Shown here piece by piece: positions 42,701-57,004 of a stretch of 64,000 nt of DNA. Where the stretch lies: contig OZ024743.1 of NCBI GenBank assembly GCA_964016885.1, positions 97,340,001 to 97,404,000 on the forward strand. The letters run 5' to 3'. The notes under the pieces are model-generated. The model was not told the origin of the DNA and searched no databases. It saw only the letters and a list, made by a program, of their open reading frames with translations. The stretch's first letter is position 1. Each line of letters begins with the position of its first letter. The position numbers were made by a program, and so were the translations under genes. The stretch is from Eledone cirrhosa. Lineage: Eukaryota.

Positions 42701-43713
42701 TAATTTCAGAAGTCCCATTTACTGCTGAAATGGAAAACACAGAAAAAGTAAAGCAGGTAAAAGTAACTGCAAAGAAAGAACTGCTACAGAAACTGGCTAA
42801 GAAATGGCAAGAAAAGCCTCTGTATGGAAAATACCCAGAAAGAGCTAACAATCATGATGTTGACAAAACTTTAACCATCAGTGGTTGGCATCCTCTGAAC
42901 TGAAATCGGAGACTGAAGGACTGATTATATCAGCACAAGATCAGTATCTGCCAACAAAAAATTACCAAGCCAACATAATAAAAAATGGATGCAACCCATT
43001 ATGCCGTGTATGTAAAAAACAACCAGAGACCATTGATCATATAATTTCAATGTGCAGTCCTATAGCTCCAACCGAATACCTAAACAGGCATGACAGAGCT
43101 GCACAATACATACATTGGATAATGTGTAAGCATTTTGACCTGCCCCATGAAAAGAATTGGTGGGAGCATCAACCACCTCCCATACTTGAAAAAGATCACA
43201 TCTCAATCTTGTGGAACTTTAGCATCCAAACAGACCGAAAAATAGATGCAAATAGACCTGATATAATACTGAAGGGTCTTTAAAAAGAGGGTATGCCTGC
43301 TAATTGATATGTCCGTTCCAATAGACAAGAATGTATCTATAAAAACATTTGAAAAATTGAGCAAGTATAAGGACTTGGAGATAGAAATTGGAAAAATGTG
43401 GAAATTGAGAACTAAAACAATACCACTGGTTGTAGACGCTCTAGGAATGATACCTAAGGGGTCTAATGATTATTTATCGCAAATCCCATGAAACCCGCGT
43501 ATAGGAGAAATACAAAAGATAGTACTAATGGGAAATGCCCATACACTAAGGAAGATTCTGTCAATATAAGTACATCACAAGTCTAAACACCTAAAGATGC
43601 ATGTGTATGTATCTATGTTCTTTCTTGAACATGGCGGACCTTGTTGTCTCTTGAGGTCACTGGTTGTGACTTGGTGATAACTCGTATGAACATAAAGCAA
43701 GATAAATGCAACT
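39764..43713 (+). mobile_element. Near full-length, pseudogenised R4/Dong-clade non-LTR retrotransposon (RT, CCHC, RLE)
   Basis: Frameshifted pieces carry WKSPGKD, NYEPITCL, QKGC, AWIDYKKAFDSLPH, HLFYMDDLKL, FGLDKC, EGGRGL, ETEGLIISAQDQ, CRVC..ETIDHIISMC, RHD and RPDI..LID..EKLSKYKDL. The 3' end abuts (TAA)n. Confidence 0.9.
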
Positions 43714-43728
43714 ATAATAATAATAAAA

Positions 43729-43890
43729 ATAATTGTTTCTACTTTTGGCACAAGGCTAGCAGTTATCCAGTGCATTACTGGTACTTTATTTTATCGACCC
43801 CGTAAGGATGAATGGCAAAGTTAACCTCGTCCGTATTTGAAGTCAGACCGTAAAGGGGTGTAACTCTATATCTGCAAAGTATGCCGTCCG
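43729..43890 (-). mobile_element. SINE family 2 copy in the (TAA)n tail of the LINE
   Basis: Same tail and body as other family 2 copies. Confidence 0.8.
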
Positions 43891-43899
43891 AACCAGAAA

Positions 43900-45210
43900 A
43901 CACCTAGGTACTTTATAAAAAGCCACGTCAAATATTGACTAGAGAGGAACACAAAGCAGTGATGGTTGCGTACTATACTGCCATCCTGAGAGCAACATAA
44001 CAACCCCAGTCAAGAAGGAGACCTTCATACAACAGAAGCAGCAGTGAGAGTATTGCTGAAACTTCCACAGATGAGAACCTTCTTCAACATGTCGGTGATA
44101 ACTCACTGGCTCATGCTGCTGTCTGGAAATCGAAGGAAGATATTCTGCGTGAGTGGGATATTCTAAAAATGCAAGAATTGATAAATCGGACAAAACTCCA
44201 GGAAGTGCCCAAAGTCATGCATCAGCTAAAGAAGAAGGTTAACCTACCTAACAAAGCACTAGAGGTAATCAGAGGTGAACACGGAAAACCACGGACACTA
44301 GATGTGATTAATCAGCTGTTACATGCCATTGCAAGCTGCACCCCAAAATACGAACAGGGAAAATAAACACAAAGGGAATACCGAAATGGCAGACACAGCT
44401 GGAGAACAAAATTACAGAGTTGAGGAGAGATGCCTCTATCTCGTATCCGAAATAGATAAGGAAACTGATATCGACCCCCAAACCTTTCTAGGCTGAGGAA
44501 ACAATATAAGGCCAACCGGACAGCAGACTGGAAAGAAATTGCTGAATTAATCAAGCAAAAGATACAAGCAAAGACTAAGAAGATGCCAAAAAAGAGCTAA
44601 CTTCTTTAAACAAAACAAAATCTTTGCCGAAGATGCAAAAAGATTTTACAGAGAGTTAGGTGAGAAAAATATTGAAATGAGGCAACCACCTGAGCTAAAT
44701 GAGGTTGAATACTTTTGGGCAAATATCTGGGGAAAAGCTCAAGATCACAACTCCAATGTCAGATGGCTGGAACAATTGGAAATCCCTGCTTGCACCTAGT
44801 AATGGAATGAGATCACCTCACAATAAATAAAAGCAACAGTCAGTAATGTTGGGAAAAACAAATCACCGGGAAGAGATGGTGTGCTGAATGTCTGGCTGAA
44901 ACATCTGGATGTGCCTCATGAAGCCTTATAGATATATCCGTACCAGCTGACATAAAACAATGGAAAAACTGTCAAAATACAAAGACCTGGGGAGGATGAG
45001 CACAAACACTCTCTCTCTCTGGTAATAGGAGAATTAGGAATAATACCGAAATGCTCAAACCTGCACCTTAGCCTCCTTCCCTGCAAGATCAGTAAATATG
45101 AGCTACAGAAGATCGGGCTACTAGAAACAGCACACATTATCAGACGAGTTCTCTCTCTACAATGTAAACATCTATTGTCCTAGGTTCAAGGCTAGAACCC
45201 AGCAATAGAG
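43900..45210 (+). mobile_element. Older internally deleted R4/Dong-like LINE (RT domain missing)
   Basis: N-terminal motifs (IKQKIQAK, FKQNKIFAEDAKRFYREL, KSPGRDGV..VWLK) are followed almost directly by RLE end motifs (KLSKYKDL, VIGELGII, ELQKIGLLETAHIIRRVL). Confidence 0.7.
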
Positions 45211-46358
45211 AAACAGAACTCAGCTAAACTAGTTGAAATAGCTAGTTCAGAATAGCTGCCGAATCGGCCGGAGCTCAGTCGTTGGGATCCTGACTCTTTT
45301 CCTATATATATATATATATATATATTGATTCTAAGTGAGAAAATGTATCCGTATCTTCCTAATCCCAATTCGATTCTCTTCGCAATCGAATTTGAAACCC
45401 CACTGTTATTAAGTTTTAACATCGTTTCCAACTGTCTCATAATGAAATTATCTGTCTCACAAATTACACATGTTACTACAACATTCGCTGAATAAACGGA
45501 ACATATTGTTCCTCAACCTGATAATATGGCTTTTGCCATTCCTCAGTTACTGTATCACACAGTTCGTATTTGATTGAACAAATCACACATACGAATTTGA
45601 AACTCAAAAATTATAAATACATTTTCTTTTTACTCATTGATGTACGACGTTAAGGGGAAATCAGTTTTGAGATGTGTATAAATTTCGAAGGTTTATCATA
45701 TGAATTTAGTTGTCTCCAGTCGTGTTTCACGAAAATCAAAAATTAAACATATTAATCTGCTATGCCCTTTGGCCTGTATCTATTTCTGTCTCTTCAAGTG
45801 ACTTTGCGAAATTGAGAACATATATGTCTTATCTCCAATCTAATTGCATCACCATATTTTACTTTATACATTTGCTTGTCACTAGAAATGTAGTAAAACA
45901 ATTTAAATTATCAACCGGCTTAGTCTAATTCCATCAGCTTTAGTGCATCCGCTCATGACACGTCCAACTTTTATTTTAAGCTCTCAACATCCTGCTGATA
46001 AAATGTCGCGAGAATATTTTCAAATACTTTCATAACCTACTTTGTCGCTAGGTTTTTCGTTAAAATTATCCTGTTTCTTCATTGTATCCTCTGAAAGTGA
46101 AATATATTTCAAGGAAAAGTAAAAGCTAACACACTTCAATATCGTATCGAGATTGTATATGTATATATATATACATATACATATATATACACACACACAC
46201 ACAGACACGCACACACACAGACGCACACATAAACTCCTTCACGCACAAATATATGAATCTCTCGCCCACTATCTATGTACTTATATACACATATGTGAAC
46301 GTGATTTAAAGGTATATATTAACATGTAAGTATATCTCCACCTCGTGCTTTCGCTGTA

Positions 46359-46404
<46 letters not shown>

Positions 46405-46449
46405 CATATATATATATATATATATATATATTCATATATATATATATTT

Positions 46450-46850
46450 ATAAATGTAATCTGAATTTTTCGAATGTTAATAATAACATTCGATTCTTTT
46501 GCAATTATGCAAACAAGCTTCATTTTTAAAGCCATGTCAGTAGAATGAACCTTTAATTCTTGCTTTTGTGCTGGAATGTAAACAGAACTACAGACGCTAA
46601 TGTTTCTGGGCATTACCCTTCATCAGTACAGCTCACTGTTCACCTGCCAACTGTCAGAGCTAGTGAAAATATATGCTATTTTCTAAAATATACAGTGACT
46701 GATCGGCCTCATTTGCATATTAGCTGACTGGCTGATCAGTCAGATCTGCATATTAGCAGATCCACTGATAAGCCAGATTTGCATATCAGCAGACTGGCCA
46801 GTCAGTTTCCTGTATACGAGCGATAAATGGCCGCTTTACCACATTCAAAT
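46450..46850 (-). mobile_element. PLE-like pseudo-LTR abutting (TA)n, with hammerhead and upstream octamer repeats
   Basis: Hammerhead at 46581-46640; three 33-bp repeats at 46699-46800. Confidence 0.55.
46581..46640 (-). ncRNA. Type I hammerhead ribozyme
   Basis: aacagtGAGCTGTA-CTGATGA-A GGG taatg CCC A-GAAA-CATTAGCG-TC-TGTAGTTCtgtt. Canonical core, GUC site, long stem I with GU pairs; stem III eroded. Confidence 0.75.
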
Positions 46851-47124
46851 AAAAAAATAATTTAAGTGGGAGGTGCCCTTATCTACAAACCAACTTCGGA
46901 AAATTTGTAATCTTATATCTCCTTAGCCAACCAGATTTTGACTTAGCAAAATAGGCTACACTAACAATGGTTAATAGATATAGGAAAGGTGAAGAAAAAT
47001 GCGATGATAATTAATATAAAAAAAGAGTAAAGTGTAAATGGGTTAGGGATGCACAAAGTTTATACACCGACATACACACACACACACATATACACACACA
47101 CATACACACACACATATATATATA

Positions 47125-47476
47125 TATAAAGGAAAAAAGATGAAATCGAAAATGCAACTGGAGTCTTATTTAAAAAAAATATATATATTTATTTGGTTCC
47201 TTTACCGGTTTCGCAGTTCTTCTGCTTTTCAAAAGTAGAGTTGAGATGGAGGGTCTGTGGTTTTTGTCACATCTGTGAGAAAAACCACAGAACCTCCATC
47301 TCAACTCTACTTTTGAAAAGCAGAACTGCGAAACCGGTAAAGGAACCAAATAAATATATATATATTTTTTTTAAATAAGACTCCAGTTGCATTTTCGATT
47401 TCATCTCTTTTTCTTTATACTTTCACTCGTGTAGGACACCTCGGTTATTTTTTTCATTTTGTAAAAGAAACCTCAC

Positions 47477-47482
<6 letters not shown>
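47125..47482 (+). mobile_element. Fold-back element in (TA)n (palindrome 47125-47419 plus tail) with U3-A8 hammerheads at 47310-47342 (+) and 47200-47235 (-)
   Basis: Axis at 47272/47273; CTT-TTGAAAA-GCAG aa(gaa) CTGC-GAAA-CCGG-TA-AAG. Confidence 0.75.
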
Positions 47483-47522
<40 letters not shown>

Positions 47523-47668
47523 AAAATTAAGATAATCAAGATTATGGGTGTCATGCCAGTTCTGGTTAACTTGATTTAGTTACCTACCTAGCTATGTGTG
47601 CTTACACACTTGTCAAAATTATCTCCTGTGATTATTCATGTTTATTTATATGTTAATCATATTCTAGT

Positions 47669-47740
<72 letters not shown>

Positions 47741-47744
<4 letters not shown>

Positions 47745-48003
47745 ATAATAATAAATTTGAAGACTAAAATCCAAAGAGGGCTCGATAAGGATAAATATAT
47801 ATCAAATATATAAGAAACGTAGAGCAAATATTTATTAAAATAACAGATTAAAGTTTAAGCAAGGAATCGCTGCTTTCACCCTTAACGGGATCTTCTGAAA
47901 CTAACAAAGTCAATCTGTAAACGCAGAAGTTGATATTTCAAAAAACGTTGCAACCGGATGAAGACAGGAAGACGATACTTTAATCTGTTATTTTAATAAA
48001 TAT
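47741..48003 (-). mobile_element. Family B element in (TA)n
   Basis: 47741-47901 is nearly identical to 8451-8611; a short inverted piece lies at 47978-48003. Confidence 0.8.
47844..47917 (-). ncRNA. Extended type I hammerhead (U4A variant)
   Basis: CAGATTGA-ctttgtt-AGTTT-CAGAAGA-TCCC gttaa GGGT-GAAA-GCA gcgattcct TGC-TT-AAACT-TTAATCTG. Confidence 0.7.
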
Positions 48004-48878
48004 ATATATATATATATATATATATCATAATTTAATTTTATCTACACAAGAAATTAACGTATTGTATGATGTTAATGTTCAAAAATGACAAAATGAAAAG
48101 AAAAATGGAATCAAAGAAAAGAAACAAAGAAATCGGTGCTAGAAAGGTTGAGAGGGGTAGATGGCATATCTTAGCTCGGTCCAGCAGTCTAAGGCGTTGT
48201 CACGGAGAACAATCAGCGATAATGGCAAATTACCTAAAGCATCTTGCAGAAATTCTTCCTCAAGCATCATGTCCCATCGCAAGATTTGGCGGAAGAAAAC
48301 AACAGTCCAGAGAACTCTAAAATTCGATGTATCAATAACGACCGATGCATAATGAAACCGGTGACTCAACGCCCGATTTTCACAGGCTTTGACTGGTTTT
48401 GTGATGATAAACAAAGATAGTGACCTGTACAGATCAGATTCACAGCCATATTTCCCACCCGTTTAAAAGTACAGAAAAATCTCTCAATTATACAAATGAT
48501 TACTGAAAAACCCGATAGTGCATCTGTATGTATCTTGAAATTTTACATCAAATATATTTAGATATAGGAAAGAACTACGGTCCACGAGTGGATACTTAAT
48601 GAATTTATAATCTTTCAACTGTTCACTGCACTTCTAACTGTTCAAGCCCATGTGCTGTTGGTGTAAATAAAAGCAGAAATATATATTGAAAAATGTACCC
48701 TTTGACATACGGGAACCTCATAGGGAATGCCTCATAGAATCGTTCTGGGTCTAAACAATAATAGCATCACTAAAATTGCACATAATAAAAATATTTCGTT
48801 GTTAACTTTATTATAGATTTCTTTTTTCTCTGAAACAGTAGAAACATCACATAATACATCACATGTAATAGCTTAGAT

Positions 48879-49274
48879 AAGTGGTTCCCAAATTGAACAT
48901 TTCAGCACAATAGGGTGCCGCGAACAAAAATTGAAGGGTCTATTTCTAAATTTGAAGAATCTGAATTGAATTTAGGAATACAGTTCATCTTTCAAAATGG
49001 GGAAACAACTGCATTAAGAAAACATTGCTAAATGAAATCATCCTGAGCATATTACTCATCAATAAATTCATTCCATCTTTTTTAATGAACAAATAGGAAT
49101 GGTTTTTCTGTATTTTTGATTATCTATAGTGTTACCTTATACTATGTATAAATACCTTATACTTTGTATAAATACCCCTTTTGAATACATTTTCGAATTA
49201 AGGTAGAAACTGTAGAAAAATATGTTTTACGTGTTCGGAATTGCGCCGTGTGATAAAAACTTTGGGAACTATTG
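48879..49274. mobile_element. hAT (Charlie-like) MITE
   Basis: TIRs agtggttcccaaa / tttgggaactattg; degenerate 8-bp TSD gcttagat / gcttaaac. Confidence 0.65.
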
Positions 49275-50428
49275 GCTTAAACTAACGAGGGAACATCCAT
49301 ACCATCTCTCCACCGGATAAAAATAACAAAGATATCTATTTCCAATCACACCCTATCACTTACAAGAAGAAAAAACATATTGAACAGCGTAGTCTTAAAT
49401 ATTTTATTAAATGTCGGGATTAGATGTGGATGGGACCACCTTGATTATAGGTCGTTCTATAATAACAACAACATTACCGCTAATCGACACACACATCTAT
49501 AAATTTAATTATATCTTTATATGAATGTGTGTAAAATGATGAGAGAATATGCATGGTGCATATGTGCATATATGTATGAGCATATGTGCATATATGTATG
49601 ACAGAGAATGAGTGAGGGAGAGAGAATGTATGTATAATGAAAAGAATTCCCATGTTTTCTCGATCTAAATAAGTTTACTTTATATATATATGTATATTTC
49701 CAGCGTGGACCGTCGTTTGAAACAAACCCTGTCATTTGGTTGGTTCATCAAAGACATCATTGATTACCAGAACAGACAGTTGAAATGTTTTATTCTACTT
49801 CCAAGACGACAATTTTCAAAGACAATCAAGTATGTTGAATACGGACAGGATATATCCGAGCGTTTTTAATTTAGAAAGTAAACTAATTTCAATCATGCTA
49901 TTTGATAATATACATTACAAGTCTCAAAATCAAATTGTTGAATCAATCTTTAAGCAAAATTGTTTGATCAAGTAGTTAGATCCCCCTGAAACATGTAATC
50001 TACACTTCAGAAACAATATGGAAAACGAGACAAAGTCCGAAAAAAAAATATAATGTATAACAAGTGTTTTATTAATGAAAGTAGATGAGAGAAAAACACT
50101 ACCTTGGTGAATGTAATATTAATGAGACATCGGAAATGTTACTGAAAGAGAAAAAATGATACTAATAAAAGAGTGGGAAAGAAAGAGGAAATCGTGAAAT
50201 AATATTTATATTGTCGATGTGGAGGAAAAAGATTCATAGGAAGTAAAATTTAGTTTGAATGCAATAGTGTGACCAAATAGAAGAATAAATAGGAATGAAA
50301 CAATTATGTGTAAATGATTACATATATATTTTCATGGCTTACTAAATGGATATTGTATTATGATAAAAATTACCTCATCACTTCTGAAGAAATTACATTA
50401 AAACCATAAAATAAAAAAATCGTTCACA

Positions 50429-52574
50429 ATGTTTTACAAGAAACCACTAAAGTCGGCCTCATTAGCGACAGAGACTGAAATCGTCAAACCGAATGATAAA
50501 GTTTCCACTCATCCAACCGAGTCGGAAAGTAAAGTATTTAGGAAGGTTATTTATTACCAGAACCGATTTCTTGTGATAGATACCATTCGGAAAGATGACG
50601 TGTCTCCACCGCTTCCAAAAAACCCTAATAGTGGTACATCAGAATATCATTCTAGCAAGGCAAAAAATAGTCAGGATGATAATGATAACGGTGGCAGGAG
50701 ATTCCCCAAATTGGAAATAATTCATGAGGTTCCGACAGATAAAGAAGAAAGTTCATTTGAAATCACGGAGCCCCTTGAAAGAGATAACAATTTAAATAAA
50801 AGAAATGTTGATGATGAAAAAGATGACCATCTTTTTAGTAGTAAAAGTAATATTCTGTCTGATAAAATTAAAAATTCATCTCGAAATGTCATCAAAGAAG
50901 AACAAGATTCACTGGAAGAAGAAATAGAAAATGACAACCTAAATTATCCTAATAGCCCGAATAGTTCATTTGTGTGGTATAAACAACCAAGTCTTAGTTT
51001 TTTAGATCTGACAAATACACCGTCAGATATAACTCTGCTGGATAGCCACAAGGCAGCTGACTCTAGTAGTTCAAAAGTTGTATGTCCACTGGCGACTGTG
51101 AATGTTACTCAAGCAAGCAACGATGACTTAATCGGTAATGTGACAATGACAGCCACAGCTACTGCAGCTGCGATCAGTGGCATCACTATTAATATTTCAA
51201 ATACAACGACAGCTGCAGTAGCAGATCCCCAGGTAACCTGCAGCACCGGAAAATTGCGAGAGCGCGTGCGCACTGAAAAAGCTGATGCCAGTCACTTGCC
51301 TACATTCCTGCCATCAGCCGGCTTGGCCTCACCAGCAGACGACGCTTTCAGTTCGCATGAAGACGCGTCCGATCTCCGCAGCCACCGTCGGCTTGATAGC
51401 GTTGTCACGGATAGCAGAGCCGGAAAATCACATAGTAAAAGTAGTGAAAACAAGTATAAATCTGCAGATAACCAAGAAGACATTTCTGAAGGAGTTTTTA
51501 ATCATAAATCATACAACCAAAGAAAAAGTGAACAAGGCCACAATTACGATTATCAAGGTGAACAGAGAGAGAAAACAAAAGAAAAAAAGGAAGAGGAAAT
51601 AGTAGCAAAAGAAAGTAAAGAAGAGGAAAGCGATAGAAAGACAGAATTGAAAGGAAATGGATACAGACGACACAGTGACGGTGTGAACGTAACTTTCCGA
51701 GGAAAAACTGTCCTTAGTGATTCAAAACATTTTAAATTGACAGACTGTGATATTGACGATGCTAGTGATGATAGAGTTTTGAAAGAAAACCAACTCGGCG
51801 GCGCTACATCTATAACAGCATTTACTTCAACAGCAGCAGATACAACAAAAACAACTACTATTAGAACAGTAAAAAAAAGAAGACCGAGTGAAACAACAAC
51901 CACTGCAACAAAAGCAGCAACAATAATAAGAGGAAAAACAAAAACTGTGAGAGCGAACGTAGCAGCAAGATCATCACCAGCAACAGCAGCATCAGTAGCA
52001 ACAGCAGCAGCATCCCCAGTTACCATGGATACGCGGAGCATCGAGATAATAGTGAACGATGAAAACGAGACAAGTCATGTAGGGTACAGCAGCAGCAGCC
52101 GAGCTGGCGGCGGGGGCGGCGGTGGCGGTGGTACAGGAGGAGGTGGAGGAGGAGGAGGATGCAGAAGTAGTAGAGAAGGAACTGGAGATGTAGAGAATTT
52201 CAACAGTGACGGTGAAGCCGGTAATAGCAGCCGTGTGAGTGGTGTCCGCTCCCACAGCGGAGGATCGATCCCGTCTGCTGCATCACTGAACGCATCCAAG
52301 GGACGGACATCGGTGAAAAGAGTTGCAGGTCGACATAACAGCAGGGCTTCTATCCACAATAAAGACAGTATGGAGAAGAGCATGACATGGAAAAGGATAT
52401 CAAAGATACTGTTAGATGACCGCATTGGTGATATTGATGACCGTGAGAAGGTATTGAACCTAGATGAACCAGGTCAATACCGAGTACTGAAGAAAGTACT
52501 CAATATACTTTTTGTCACCATAGGGATCGCTCTGTTACTGGCCGTTATTGTCGTTGTTATCTACACTGCCATAG
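50429..52574 (+). CDS. Large coding exon (~715 codons) of an unknown single-pass membrane protein: long low-complexity region, then a TM helix at the exon end
   Basis: 2.1 kb non-repetitive open frame in AT-rich DNA; hydrophobic VLNILFVTIGIALLLAVIVVVIYTAI preceded by KK; consensus donor AG|GTAAGT at 52574/52575. The start codon is uncertain and no downstream exon was identified. Confidence 0.7.
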
Positions 52575-52898
52575 GTAAGTTGAAGCATTCCTTTTCTTTA
52601 TTCGGACCACCACCATCACCCCCACCACTGCATTTGTCACTACCATGCAAATTACCACCACCACCATCACCATCACCATCACCATCACCGTCACCTTCAC
52701 CACCATCACCTTCACAACCATCACCACCACCACCACCACCTCCAGCTTTCAATATAGACCATCAAAACTTATATTCTGCTTTTCTTAGATGTTGTTTACT
52801 TGTTGATGGAAACGTTACGACGCACGCAGGAAAACCCAGCCTCACACGATACATGCACACACAAACCCATACAGTGGGAAATGCATATACATACTTAT

Positions 52899-54292
<1,394 letters not shown>

Positions 54293-54441
54293 GTATGCAC
54301 ACTATACCTGTGTGATATGTGAACGTTAGCAGGAATTTAGGTTTTTGACTGAATGACAAGCTTTGCTGACTAGAAATCTTCATCTTTTATAATTAGAAAA
54401 GTACAGGAGAAAAGAGCGCATCCATGCCCAGCGACACATAT

Positions 54442-54485
<44 letters not shown>

Positions 54486-54779
54486 TGAAAGAGAGAAAGA
54501 GAGAGAGTGAGAGAGAGGTGGGGTGCGGCCCTACAAATGAACACAGGCATACAAGCACATATAGATGATAAAAGAAAAACATCTTGACAACACGTAAATA
54601 TAAATTAATAAGACAGAAATGTTTATGGATATATGTGAATCATTGAGGGAAATTAACAGAGAAGACAAAGCTACCAGCGAAAGTAAGGCAAAACGAAAGA
54701 AATTCTCTTTGAGGGGGAAACCTTACAATTTTTTCAAAAAATAAAAATAGAAACTAAAGACACATATGTATGTATATCT

Positions 54780-54856
<77 letters not shown>

Positions 54857-54860
<4 letters not shown>

Positions 54861-55049
54861 GAAGTAATTCAGTCGGAAAGGTTCAGGAAAAAAGAGTGTT
54901 GTATGTAGGTTACAGAGCTTATTAGTTATGTAATAAACAACATAAGATAATTATTTCATTTACCAGTGATTTCTTGAAAGCAAACAAATTTTCTTTGCTT
55001 TCAAGAAACCACTGGTAAATGAAATAATTATCTTATGTTGTTTATTACA

Positions 55050-55055
<6 letters not shown>
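54857..55055 (-). mobile_element. Fold-back element in (TA)n with hammerhead 3' half
   Basis: Arms 54923-54984 / 54994-55055; tail 54857-54922; GAAA-CCAcTGG-TA at 55005-55017. Confidence 0.65.
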
Positions 55056-55095
<40 letters not shown>

Positions 55096-56498
55096 CATAC
55101 GTATGTATATATGTATATATATATACATATGTTCATTTAGACATAGATATGTATACACATACATTCATATGTAGATAGAGAAAGCAAAAAATAAGTATGT
55201 TTCTTTGTATAAGTGTGTATGTGTTTTGCAATATATACGCCGAAAATATATATTGCGTTTTATTTCAGTACATATACACTGAGTTGGGTATATATCATTC
55301 AAGCTTTACATATACATCATTTTCTATTGGTTCTGTGTATATAGAACGAAGAACATAATATTTTTGTTATTACAAACACTCGTATATACGTATTTATGAA
55401 TATATATTATTTACTACTGTTAGTTACGGTGGAATTTTATTTGATGAAACTTGATCGTGTATCGATACTCGAACTATCACAGGCCTGATCCTCAGATGAA
55501 TAAGGTTTTTTTAATATAATCTGCTAATGTATACCTACGGGCTACACTAAACCAGGTTTGGGGTCTGATATGGTCTCCACCTGTGGGCATTTGCAAATTA
55601 CATAAAAGTTCATAAATTTGGGGAAAATTATTTTAAATTTACAACAATTTTAAATTTAAAAATATAAGTTACTTTTTCACTTTAGGATACTTCTCAATAA
55701 TAATAGAATCATCGGATAAAGTACTTCTGGAAACGGAACAACTGGTTAGAATCGCCAATGCGGATCGAACCACGCACATGATGTTGCTTCTGGTTACCCT
55801 TTTCCTACTCGTCTCCAGGGGTACTTCATCCGACCTATTATACTAAGATTTATAACTATTTGGAATGTAGTGGCATCTCAAACGGAAATTCAATCATATT
55901 TTCAAACTTCAAATTCCTCTTCCAACAATTAAAAACATTTTTTGTATCCAAGTGAAAAACATTAGGGAGTTAAACGACTAAAACAACCTTTATATGCTGT
56001 TTATTTTGAAGTTTTTATATTCATCTAAAACATTTTATCATAATAATATGTAAGAACCGTTGTAAAGATATACTCCCAAAACCAGTATAAAATGTTATAT
56101 TTACTGACATCATTAATTCATTCTATATAATTAATATTTTCAATTATTTGAAAATCAAGTGGCGTTTTTCATAAAAAATTTGGTAAAAAGTAGTGGTGAA
56201 AATTTGCGATAGGTTGAATTGTTTTATGTGTAAATAGGTTCGATTGAGAAGTAAATAGCCTGGAAATATGCTGACTGCTGCTTTAACGAGGGTTCACATC
56301 ATGTCAGTCATGTCAGTCACAGTAGGTCACCCGTAGGTCATCTCAAAACCTCTCTTGCATGTGCATTAGTATTCCATTAGTATTCGTGGTCCATGATGTA
56401 CACTCATGCATACACAGAAACATTCTAGCTCAGAAACGCACAAATACCCACACACACATACATTATTCTTGAATACACTTCTTACATATATGTATGTA

Positions 56499-56541
<43 letters not shown>

Positions 56542-56542
56542 T

Positions 56543-56597
<55 letters not shown>

Positions 56598-56606
56598 TTA
56601 TATATA

Positions 56607-56666
56607 CAGGGTGGCGAAAAATGTATACACACTTCAAAGTGTGCATACATTTGGGAGGAAACACTG
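56607..56666. mobile_element. Tc1/mariner-type micro-MITE with TA flanks (relatives at ~56910 and 59286-59363)
   Basis: TA-cagggtg...aaatgtatacacact tcaa agtgtgcatacattt...acactg-TA. 59286-59363 has caggatgcccccaaaa / ttttgggacaccctg ends. Confidence 0.55.
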
Positions 56667-56680
56667 TATATATAGATATA

Positions 56681-56742
<62 letters not shown>

Positions 56743-56747
<5 letters not shown>

Positions 56748-56813
56748 CACTAAACATACATGCCTAGCTAAATACTTAGATTTTCGCGCACGAACAGACA
56801 CGACACACACACA

Positions 56814-56877
<64 letters not shown>

Positions 56878-57004
56878 CGTGTGTGTATGTGTGTATATAT
56901 ATATATATATACAGTATCTTCCCAAAAATGTATATATATAAATATATATATGTATATATACGAAAATCTAAGTATTTAGCTAAGCATGTATGTTTAGTGG
57001 CGCA
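56743..57004. repeat. 44-bp inverted repeat pair (56743-56786 / 56961-57004) embedded in (TA)n
   Basis: tgcgccactaaacatacatgc...agattttcg and its reverse complement. Confidence 0.8.
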
